Origin: Octopus sinensis
Taxonomy: Eukaryota
Reading direction: 5' to 3'
NCBI RefSeq assembly: GCF_006345805.1
Contig: NC_043015.1
Span: 4,774,001-4,838,000 of the forward strand
DNA: 64,000 nt
The notes under the pieces were generated by a model. That model did not search any database, had not been told where the DNA came from, and worked only from the letters and a program-made list of their open reading frames with translations. Below are positions 1-11,017 of the stretch, piece after piece. Numbering within the stretch: the stretch's first letter is position 1; every line of letters starts with the position of its first letter. The translations under genes were made by a program, and so were the position numbers.

Positions 1-259
1 GCTATATTTCAGTTCAACGAAATACGTTCATGCTTATGGTTCTTTAATTTGGCAAAAGATCAGCGGCACTAGAGTCTTTGTCTTCGGCTCCCCTTCCTCC
101 TTATGCTTATCATAATCATTACCACTTTCGTCACCCTCAGCAGCATCAGTAACCTCTATATTATCGTAATGTAGTTACTGTAATTTTCATTATCATTAAT
201 TAGTCTTTGTCTATATCATCTTTGTAAGCATCACCATCATGCTTGCTAAGTATGCAATT

Positions 260-328
<69 letters not shown>

Positions 329-664
329 TTCCATTATTCTATTTTGTAATAAATATTATTTTCGTATATGTAGGTGATAAATAAATATTTTATTATATAA
401 TAAATTCTAGCAGCACATAGCAATAAGCAATAAAACAAACTATTTTCCATATAACTTGTATTCTTCAAGTATCAAAATCGTATATTATTTTTATGAATCA
501 TCTGCCTGTAAATAGCTATTTCTGATATCTATTCTTTGAAACACATGTCTTGACCTATATTTTCTCACAGATGTGTGGCCGCGCCCGTTCCCACGTACAC
601 ATACACACTCAAATAAATAAATCCTTAAAGACATACAAACACGTGCCTAGGAAAAAAATTCGCG

Positions 665-702
<38 letters not shown>

Positions 703-1004
703 AACATGCATGCTTTCGAAAGCAGAGAAAAACTTACTCACACACGATTACACGAAGTCACTTACACATCTAATTTAACGATAAAAGACGACTTCCATAC
801 AGCCTTTGATTGTCTATATTGGCTAAATCGCTTTCTCGCTCAAAAATTGTTTGAGCAGTAATGTGCCAAAATGTAGAATTTAACATAAGAATTATCGCTC
901 GATTCTCCACATATTTTATAATCCAATACATTATATTCTATAAAGCTAAATAAATAATCAGTGGCTCTTTCGGGGGACGGAAACTGAAAGAAGTTTGAGG
1001 TACG

Positions 1005-1035
<31 letters not shown>

Positions 1036-1055
1036 TATATATATATTATATATAC

Positions 1056-1158
<103 letters not shown>

Positions 1159-1224
1159 TTCTGTGAGTGTGGCATTGAGTTTGCTGTGTGTGTGCCTGCT
1201 TGCACGTAGATAGTTGTATGTGTG

Positions 1225-1272
<48 letters not shown>

Positions 1273-1277
1273 TATAT

Positions 1278-1920
1278 AAATTTAAAATAAGGATGAGAAA
1301 TTAGATATTAATCTAATTAACATCGATTTCACACCAGTCGTCTAGCATATGAAAAACTAAAGTTTCAGTAAAATTGTATCATGTCCATATTAGAGGGAAA
1401 CCCCTAAGTGGACCCCCTTATGATAGAAATAGATCCGCTATTGCCTTACCACTAAGAAATGTTCTCAAGAAAAAATTAGCAAAACAACCAAAACGTACTC
1501 AAACAAGACAAAAGAAAAAGCAATAACAATATGAATTCCTCGCATACGTGTTTCACTATTATCATATTACGTAATTCTACTTACATAAATGTCCGTAGAT
1601 CATTGATGCGACCGTCCTGATTAATATAATTTTCCCGACTGCATACTAGGAAATCTACACAATGTCAGATTTGTAAAGTGTTCTACTCATTACACACGCG
1701 GTTACTATTCCAAATGTTCTCGTTTTAGAGCGCTAAATTACCGGAAAAAACTGATGCTGCAGAAATACTTTACTGCAGTGGCCTTTGCCGGTTAGAAAAC
1801 GTATTAATTTAAATTTAAATTTAAAATGGGGGTGAGAAATTAAATAGTAATTTAATTAACATCGATTTCACACCAGTGGTCTAGCATATATAAACACTGA
1901 ACATTCAGTAAAATTGTATT
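1278..1920 (-). mobile_element. Non-coding PLE/retrozyme-like unit: ~540-bp period with ~100-bp terminal direct repeat and an internal decayed hammerhead
   Basis: Direct repeats at 1278-1380 and 1817-1920 share aaatttaaaat..g.tgagaaatta...ttaacatcgatttcacaccagt.gtctagcatat...ttcagtaaaattgtat. A hammerhead-like fold lies on the minus strand at 1540-1611. The unit abuts (TA)n. Confidence 0.55.
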
Positions 1921-2645
1921 AAATTTCTTAAAATGGACAGTGTTTTGTACATTAGCTGCACCGATCAAGGCAGACGTGTTAAATACCATATAGAAATAAA
2001 ATTCTTTATTTATTAAAATTATATCCCGTATTGGTGCATTCGTGATTATGGAGCGAGGAGTTTCCTTCTAAATCACCTTTGAACATGTGCGCACGCTCGT
2101 AGTATTGCCTCCACACACGCACTTCACAACCGGTATTAGTGTTCTTTGATTCACGTGCATTAGCTGTTCGGAAAACAGACCGATATAAGTAAAGAATAAG
2201 CCCTGAGGTTTATTCACCCAACAAAATTTCTTCGAAGCAGCAAGCACAATCTCAGTGTAATCAGAAAAACGAGTGAATGACTTATATGGCATGTATGCAA
2301 ATAATGTTTGACTCCACTACAGACGTGGACATAATCTGAATTTCGAAAATTTCACTAAACAACACGTCCTTAAGAAATGCACCATGAATATTAAAAGATA
2401 TTCTTCAACATTTGGTCTTCTTCATCAGCACGATGAATGTCTGACCTTACCACCAGTAGCCAAGTGACTTAGACTAAAATGTTAGTAGTGAATCACGAAT
2501 GCCAGAAGGGATTTCTATTTTTGTATTTTTGTTTTTTTTTTACCAAAATAAGCTAAAACAAACATCCCGAAAGAGCGAGAATAATGTTTCGAAATATCGT
2601 TTCATCGTAAATGATTTGCACCAAAGATTCTTGACACATGTATGA

Positions 2646-3488
2646 ATGTATATAAGCGTATATAAGTGTATATATATATATAGAGAGAGAGAGGATGGGA
2701 TCAGACGTGCAACAGAAATCTACATAGAAACTTTAAGAAAAGTTCAACACAACAACACACCTTCCCCGAAAATACTACCTTACATATCTACATACAACCC
2801 CAGAAACAAAGAAGCCTTCACCATCATCACCCAGAATTTACCAATACTTCATAAGGACCCCAAATTAAAGGAAATTCTAAACATACACCAAATCATTAAA
2901 TGCTACAAACAACCTAAATCACTTAAAAAGATTCTCACAAAGGCAAAATTGTTTTCTGAAATTACGGATGCAAAACTAAAAAAATGTGGTAGATCGAACT
3001 GTGCAACATGTCCAAACCTGCTAGAAGGATTAGAATTCCTCTTTAAAGAGGGACAGAAATTCAAGATCAAATCTAACTTTACTTGTGCCTCTGAAAACAT
3101 AATTTATGTCATAAAATGCTCGGGCTGCCACCAAGACTACGTGGGATCCACGGGACTATCACTCAGACTTAGATGCACACTGCATCGACAACAGATTGCA
3201 TTCCCAGAATACAGAAGGATACCTTTTAGTGAGCGCATTGAGAAATGCGCAAAGCAACTACTACCACAATTTTTAATCTTTCCATTTTACCAATGTGCTA
3301 TCGGATCATCAACACAAATTAGACTAAACAAGGAAACATTCTTCCTTGAAAAGTACAAGCCCAGACTTAACCATGCCAACATACTGATACAGAGAATTTC
3401 ACACCAAGGGAAAGGAATTTTTGTTTTTATTTTAAGCGATTATCTCCCTTACACCGGAAGAAATCACTCATTACCTCCCCTTATTTAG
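2646..3488 (+). pseudogene. GIY-YIG endonuclease domain of a Penelope-like element (partial ORF)
   Basis: 280-aa ORF. The first ~17 aa are microsatellite-derived; the rest shows PLE GIY-YIG motifs. The RT catalytic core is absent. Confidence 0.85.
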
Positions 3489-3693
3489 AACTCTTTTAAA
3501 CATAAACATAAAGATAACTCTGTTCAAGATTAACATAACGTCGTAAGAAATTTGTAAACTAAACGCGAAACCGGTCTTTCTTCTAAATTATGTCATTGTA
3601 AGAAAACATTTTTTAATATCCTTCAGACATACTGACGCAAATATATATATTTTTTAACCTTTAAGCCTTCTGTAGTTCTTTCACATTTTACTA

Positions 3694-3698
<5 letters not shown>
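2690..3698 (+). mobile_element. 5'-truncated Penelope-like retroelement (RT C-terminal/linker + GIY-YIG endonuclease + 3' non-coding end)
   Basis: The ORF carries the PLE linker Cys motif (KCGRSNCATCP), the GIY-YIG motifs NIIYVIKC..C...YVGST..LRLR..LH, and the C-terminal E...LEKYKPRLN. It is bounded by (TA)(GA)n and (CT)n. Its 3' end recurs at 28800-28937. Confidence 0.88.
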
Positions 3699-3761
<63 letters not shown>

Positions 3762-4508
3762 CTGTGTAAGGTTTATTTCAAGTGATGCGTCCATGCTGGT
3801 ACACGATCATTAAGTATATATATATATATTTATACTCAGACAGAGACAGGGATGTACACACATACACATATATACATGCACACTGATTGATATTATAATT
3901 AGTATGTGCGGCGGATATTTCCCCAACATGATCGTATATTGATATAGATTGTTAATTAATTACAGCCACAACCTTATGTCTGTAAATTGAACGATGAAGT
4001 AGATAGGAAGCCTCTAACGTACGTGATAAAGATTTATTCATGATCTTCTAATCAAGTTCGTCTAACACACACATACACATATATACAAACAGAGACAGAC
4101 AGACACACGCAAGCCCATATGTATGAATTTTATTTATACACACACAAATATATGAATGTGTGTTACTTCTATATGTGTTAGTATATAACTGAGAGCATAA
4201 ATTATACCAGTATACTCGTTATAGTTTATCATCAACAATTATAATTTTCATCTTAATAATGTTCTCAGATGATTTATTATATAAATCTCAGACCAGAAAA
4301 TCGCTTAAGCTGTAGGAATGCAGTAATGAGTTATTACTCTTTCATTTCTTGTCCAGTATTTTTTCCATATCATATTTTTCTTTAAATTTACACGTATTTA
4401 TATGTATTTGTGTGTGATTGTGTGTGTCTGTGTGTGTTTGTGAGTTTGTGTGTGTGTGTGCTTGTGTTTGTGAGTTTGTGCGAGTGTGTGTGCGTATATA
4501 TATATTAT

Positions 4509-4557
<49 letters not shown>

Positions 4558-4565
4558 ATATATAC

Positions 4566-4597
<32 letters not shown>

Positions 4598-6647
4598 AAT
4601 ATAATATATATATATATATGTATATGTATATATGCTTTATACATATGGTTCTTTACTTCGAGGCATTGCTGAGTCAGGTGATATATTTTGTACGCAGACG
4701 AATAAAGACATCAAGCACGTTGTGCAGGCGTTAAGCTGGCGATATCTGATAAAGTCGTTTGATCCTGAAGTCTCAAAAAGCAAAACAAAAGTGCATTGCA
4801 AAATGAATGAATCAAATAACTAATGAACAAGAACGTCGATTAAGATCACATGAAACAGAGAGAAGCAATATAGCAGCTGCATCAGCAAAAAAACAACAAA
4901 GCAACCTTAAACAATAAGTCTTCTACTACATCAAAAGATTTTTTAAAAAAACATGCAGCAGAAGTATTCGATAACTAGAACAAATCATTTCCATTACTAA
5001 CAACAACAACAACAATATCCACTAGTGTTCCTAAGTCACTACATTGTTACTGATCTTTAGAAGTACAGCAGTAAATTAATGGAATTTATACACAAACATA
5101 CGGAAGTAACAGCTGGAACAGAAATGCGTGGATGCCTCACTTGAGAGCAACTTTAGACAGTCTGCGGATTTAAAGAACATGAGAAATGTACTGGAAACCC
5201 CTGGAAATATTCCTACATTGTGTTGCTTATTTTGGAGAAAATTCCAAGTGTATGTCTACCGAGGCCGCATTTCGGTCATTCATAGATATAAGGTATCCAT
5301 CCTTCGATATATATATATACACTTAGAACATGGTAACTAAGTTCTAAAGCTTTAATAATGCCAGTACCTCGTGATAATCTTTTGAATGTAAACATGTTTC
5401 TCATCATTTGCATGGAAGTATAAATTGTGTAGTTCAACAATAACATGATATCATCTGTACCATAACGTTTGATACGTACAAGTTTATTGTCCTAGCCGTC
5501 TACTAGTCCTTATCCCCTTTTAACCACTCCAGATCGAGTAGCGCAGTAATGTACTTTCTGAAATCTAGGTGAGATCTGAGACGTGGGCAACATTAGGATT
5601 TTAATTATTTTTAAGATATTGAACGTTTGGTTGAAACAGGGACCGGAATATCAGGTATTTTCAGACATCTAGAAACTTCTGGAGTCTCGGCATTTTCATT
5701 GTCAGCGGCAATGTTTGCAATATAAACAGAGATTATATACATAAGCCGGTAATAGAGTAAAACGTAAATTTACAATCTTCCTGAAAGAGATAAGGCGTGG
5801 ATTTTCCTGGAAATTCAAATTCTGCAGCGCGAATCTCCTTTGAATAGTGGTGCACTTTGCATTGAAATTGAAAGGGCTGTGTTTTAAAATCATAATTCAT
5901 ATAGAAACATATGTAGATGCAATAATATTTCTCTTGTCAAATTCAATCCGGTTTCATTTGTGCATAAAGCCTGGCAACAAAGAAATAGTTGCGCGTGAAG
6001 CTGGCAGTGAACAATTAAGAAAAGGAAGTTAAAGTCTATATTGACTCGGCTATATACCGCCAACTGCATATCCACTAATGCTACACTGTGATAAATAGTT
6101 GCTTATTAAGCAATGAGTTCGTGAGTGATTAATGTATTGGATGGGAGCTGATATAGGAACAAAAATCCCTGAAATTTTTCATATACGCCCTTTACCCATT
6201 TTTCATGTTCGATCTCACTTTTGTTTCCATCTGGTGTCTCGGATACGAAGCGTCGAACTAAAATCAGTGCTGGTTATAATTTGTATACAAAATATTTACT
6301 GATAAACACAACACACTTTTATTCATTCGCCTCGTGTGGATAATATGTATTTTTAGTTGCAAGTCGTGTCCATCTGCCGACACAGCCCACTAAAAATAAG
6401 ATTCTTCTTTCGAAATAAATAGCGAGTTTATAAAAAACATTCAGATATATAAATAGTATGAAACTGCTATTGGAATTAAATATCACTACAATATTCTCTG
6501 TGAAAAGAGTCAAGAGAATATTTATAGTCCCATGACATATTAAGGACAACATAGGCAATAAATACTATTTGTGTTAGTAGTATTTTAAGATGCTGCTTCC
6601 TGGAGAACAATGCATAATATATGTGTGACTGTGTTGGTGTGCCCATT

Positions 6648-6716
<69 letters not shown>

Positions 6717-6774
6717 ATATATATATATATATAATATATATTATATATATATATATATAATAAATTATATATAA

Positions 6775-7085
6775 GAAACAAGAACGTGAAATACACAAAG
6801 GGACGAACACAGGAAACAGACGGGTCATTCGAAGCCTTTAATCTTCAGTCAGAAACCGGATCATCATAGCAAATTTCGGCTGATTAATTCTGATATTTGC
6901 TACAACGCGGCCAGCCCCAAGCAAAAACTAAGCTGTGAGCACTAGATTTCTTGGAAAAAGGAACGAATGTAAACGCAACAGGGAGGATTATAAATACAAA
7001 AAACGAAAACTAAAATAAAAATAAAAACAAGAAGGGTTAATAACAGGATAACAGCAGGTGTCTTACAACTTTAGACAAAAGGAGA
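6775..7085 (-). repeat. Short interspersed repeat (probably PLE-derived), related to 34650-34770
   Basis: Minus strand gccgaaattt...gactgaagattaaaggcttcgaatgacccgtctgtttcc resembles plus strand 34662-34730 gccgaaattgc...gactgaggatagaaaacttgaaatgatccgtccttgttttcc. Both are embedded in (TA)n. Confidence 0.45.
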
Positions 7086-7095
7086 GAAATATAAC

Positions 7096-7148
<53 letters not shown>

Positions 7149-7179
7149 AATGTCTACATATATATATATATATAAATGT

Positions 7180-7620
7180 TCAACATAGTCTACCTATTTT
7201 CCATTCACTTCTTCCAAAGGTGCGTCGATCCCATTAGTAAGAATATTTCATCCTGTAAGTAAAAGTAATATCTACAGCAAATATGATACAATCATCACAA
7301 CAAAACTGGCTCCCAGGCCAGAGTATTTCCATCTGTTATGGTCAAATCAGACGAAATGGATAGGGTAGTGAACCAGTTTAAAGCCACAGACATGCACAAC
7401 TGACATTGACACCAAGACGTCTGTGTTGGATCATTATCCAGATGAAACAATACATCTTTTGACAGTTTTCCTGATCATAGGTTATTTATTGCTCTTCACA
7501 AGTGCCGCAGAAATTTCGCATTGATTGCGTGGTCCTGTGGTCTTTTTGAAGATAGTCAATAATTAAACATATTTTGTATGCAACGAAAAAACTACAAGCA
7601 CCGTATCGGAAAACATATTA
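7180..7620 (-). mobile_element. Degenerate mariner transposase fragment
   Basis: The minus strand reads LFHLDNDPTQTS (cf. mariner LLHDNARPH), followed at a plausible distance by a decayed HPPYSPDLAP-like segment. Multiple stops. Confidence 0.5.
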
Positions 7621-8112
7621 GGGCAATATGAAAGCCTTCGTCTATCAAAACATATTCAGAATTATCAGAGGAATTGTATTCAGGGAACATGTAAAACATA
7701 AAGGATGTAAGTGTTAACTACACCTTCTTAATAGGAAAGCTAGATCTTGTATTTTAATTTGGGAACTGAATTGTTACTTATTTTATTCAATTCGAAAGGA
7801 TAAACACAAAGTGGACTTTCGTAGCATTTGGACACAGAATATAAAGAGAAGAAATATCGCTAAATATTTTTGTCCAACACAAAAACGATCCTGCCAGATC
7901 ACCTCCCTCGAAAAAGATCTTTATAAATTAGAGCGGTGTTAGGACAAATTAAATGTTTCACATCTCCTATGATCGACGAATCTTCAATCCGTTAAAATAC
8001 ACGTGAATTGTTATACATTCAACGAATTTTAAAACATTTATAAATATAATTGATAAAGTCTTATTTTGGATAGGAGACAAAGCATTTAATAAAGGAAGAT
8101 ATATATATATAA

Positions 8113-8179
<67 letters not shown>

Positions 8180-8474
8180 CATAATATATACATTATAAAA
8201 TATCTTCAATTAGGCAGTATTGAATATTTTTTTTAATCTTCCAAAATAAAATGGTGCAAATTGTTTATATAGGAGTGATTTCATTGTGTAAACGTTGATG
8301 CTGTCGACAGCATTTCAAGCGACCAATTATTTCCCAAATGCTATCTAAAATTCAATTTTATATTACTCATAAATTATCTACATAATTCATACTTATAATT
8401 CCCTACACACACAGACGCACTGACACACACACACAGACACACATACCACACACACACACACACTCATACACATA

Positions 8475-8522
<48 letters not shown>

Positions 8523-8702
8523 CATATGTGTGTATGAGTGTGTGTGTGTGTGTGTGTGTGTTTGTGTGTAAAAAGTTTGAATTTAGATTCGTCCTTTAAT
8601 TTGGAGTTTTCCGAAAAAAGATTTCTAATATTGATTTTTCCTATTTTGCTGGTAATTTTCAGGCGTTAATTTGCGAATATGAAAATAATATTTGTATATG
8701 AA

Positions 8703-8941
8703 GTGTTGTGAATTTATGGAAAGGAATCTCATAAAAGTGAACAATTTAGATAAATACAGAGAAGGGAAGTTGTTAAAATATATAAGAGAATTTTAATTCA
8801 TGCAGACAATCGTTTCATACATGGATATAAAACGATCGACTGCATGAATTAAAATCGTCTTATATATTTCAACAAATTCTCTTTTTCATTTTCACCGAAT
8901 TTTTGAATTTTATGGGATTTCTTTATATCAATTCACAACAC
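8703..8941. mobile_element. Foldback/MITE-like ~240-bp imperfect palindrome
   Basis: Ends gtgttgtgaatt / aattcacaacac. Inner arms aatatataaga..attttaattcatgcag..aatcgttt / aaacgatc..ctgcatgaattaaaat..tcttatatatt around a ~13-nt loop. Confidence 0.7.
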
Positions 8942-8963
8942 ATTATATATATATATATACATA

Positions 8964-9368
8964 GGCGTAGGAGTGGCTGTGTGGTAAATAGCTTGCTTAG
9001 CAGCCACATGGTTCTGCTATCAGTTCCAATGCGTAGCACCTTGGGCATGTGTCTTCTGCTATAGCCTCGGGCTGACCAAAGTCTTGTGAGTGGATTTGCT
9101 AGACGGAAACTCAAAGAAGCCCGTTGTATATATGTATATATATGTATGTGTTTGTATATGTCTGTGTGTCTGTGTTTGTCCCCCCCCCCCAACATCGCTT
9201 GACAACCCATGCTGGTGTGTTTACGTCTCCGTAACTTAGCGGTTCGGTAAAAAGGGACTGATTGAATAAGTACTATGCTCACAAAGAATAAGGTCTCTGG
9301 TCTATATGCCCGACTAAAGGCGGTGCTCCAGCATGGCCACAATCAAAGGACTGAAACAAGTAAAAGAG
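8964..9368 (+). mobile_element. tRNA-derived SINE (group A), near full length, with internal (TA/TG)n and LINE-like 3' tail
   Basis: A-box-like tggctgtgtggt, then caccttgggcatgtgtcttc, and 3' ggcggtgctccagcatggccac...ctgaaacaagtaaaagag. Other copies at 14013, 33205, 36201 and 60575. Confidence 0.9.
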
Positions 9369-9589
9369 GAAAAGTGTAAAAGAGTATATATACATATTTA
9401 CAGGTTACGGTGAACAAGATGTCCTCTAAATTATGTGAAAATGAAAATAACACTACTCTCACTTTAACAGATATTTTTACCAAGATTACATATACATATC
9501 TTGAAATACTAAACACTAAATCCATTCAATAAAATCGTAGATGTGGTCGCCGAAAATGCTTGTCAGTCAACACTGGTTTTGTTAAGGTC

Positions 9590-9975
9590 ATTTATACAGT
9601 ACTAATATTTTGCTACATTTCGTATCGCGACGTCAAATGTAAACAAACAATTAGATCGGAGAGAAAAAATGGAGTGTAAATGCCATATTTCGAGGAGTTT
9701 GGCCCCTACATCAGCTCCTACTTAACCAATTTTTATCTCCGAACATAATTTTTATATAGCCACTGCCTACAACTGTGCAAAGTTATTTGATATACCAATT
9801 TGCATATAAAACGTATTCCTAGGCACGTGGAGCTTTGTTACGCAATCGTAATATACTAAAATATATATGAAATGTATTTATGAGCCAGCACCAAGTACTA
9901 CTGGGTTAGTAGTGCAATTTACATGAATTTCTTGAAGGTATTTGTACAGAAATTATAGCCAGCACTCATTTTCTT
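9590..9975 (+). repeat. ~365-bp repeat unit, circularly permuted relative to 58515-58945
   Basis: Shared blocks: aaacaaacaat.agatc, ggagttt..c.ccta.atcagc, taggcac....ctttgtta.gca, gtactactg.gttag.agtgca.ttt, tatag.cagcact.atttt. Confidence 0.7.
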
Positions 9976-10174
9976 TGCCTCCGATTTCACTGTTTCTTTA
10001 CATCTGACATCTCGATACGAAAGGTAGGTTGTGGCAAATAATCAGTACCGGCTATAATTTCGGTAGAAATAACCTTAGGAAAATAATATAAAAACCACTG
10101 CTAGTGCAGTAGGATGTGGTTTTGACACATAAAAGCATTCAGTATATATTATGATTACGTAACGAAATTCCACG

Positions 10175-10703
10175 AGCCTACAAGTCTTTACTAATAGCCA
10201 TGACTACGTTCTCCTGCTTGTGTGTCAGGTTCCTGAGTTTTATTACCAGATATAGTGTTTTTCTATCAGCCACCGTCTTGACCAAAGGCAGCACTACCTC
10301 TTGCAGGCATTCGACATAGGCCTCTGTGTTGAGTCTGAGGCCGTGTGGGAAGATGAATGGAGGCATATCGCCGCCATCATTAGTGATCGCTCCAAACAGC
10401 ATGATGTTGAGTGGATATTTGATTTTTATCAATCACTACACATGTTTTCAGGTTGCACTGTCCCCATACTGACACCCCAGAACTCTGAAATGTTTGTACT
10501 GGAGCTTCCGGCGCGAATGCCAAACAGGATCGCATGTCGTTTCCAAATTTCAGGGAGAGTCATTTGCGTCATAGTGCTGTTCTTTTCACTGACGTTGCCC
10601 AACTGCCCGTAATAAATAAACTATGTGGTCTACAAAATCAAAAACAAAAAATACGCAAGCGCGAAATCACAAATATTACATGGCGACAATTCACCCGTCG
10701 CCC

Positions 10704-10706
<3 letters not shown>
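10175..10706 (-). mobile_element. Tc1/mariner superfamily remnant (DD37D/maT-like)
   Basis: ORF 10178-10432 IMLFGAITNDGGDMPPFIFPHGLRLNTEAYVECLQEVVLPLVK resembles the maT-type segment VMVFGV.S.G.VMPP.FF..G.RVN..Y..VL..VV.PW. A putative terminus TA|CAGGGG lies at 10706 on the minus strand. Confidence 0.65.
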
Positions 10707-10758
<52 letters not shown>

Positions 10759-10767
10759 ATGTATGTA

Positions 10768-10935
10768 CTTTATTTAAAAGCAGCAGAAATATAACAAAAG
10801 CTATTTCACATTCACGTTCGTGAAACTCCGACTAACAGCATTTGTTATATTTCTGCTGCTTTTAAATAAAGCATATTACTCTACATTTGGTATTACTCTT
10901 TTTTCCATCTTGTTTCACATTTATGTTCTTACTCC

Positions 10936-10940
<5 letters not shown>
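10768..10940. repeat. Perfect 31-bp inverted repeat (head-to-head repeat fragments, probably PLE-derived)
   Basis: ctttatttaaaagcagcagaaatataacaaa (10768-10798) is the exact reverse complement of 10841-10871. 42-nt spacer; flanked by (TA)n on both sides. Confidence 0.8.

Positions 10941-11017
<77 letters not shown>

Noticed and set aside
2300-2640. Possible mariner remnant and a CUGAUGA on the minus strand near 2420
   Set aside because: Transposase similarity is too faint to support, and no GAAA or stems follow the CUGAUGA.
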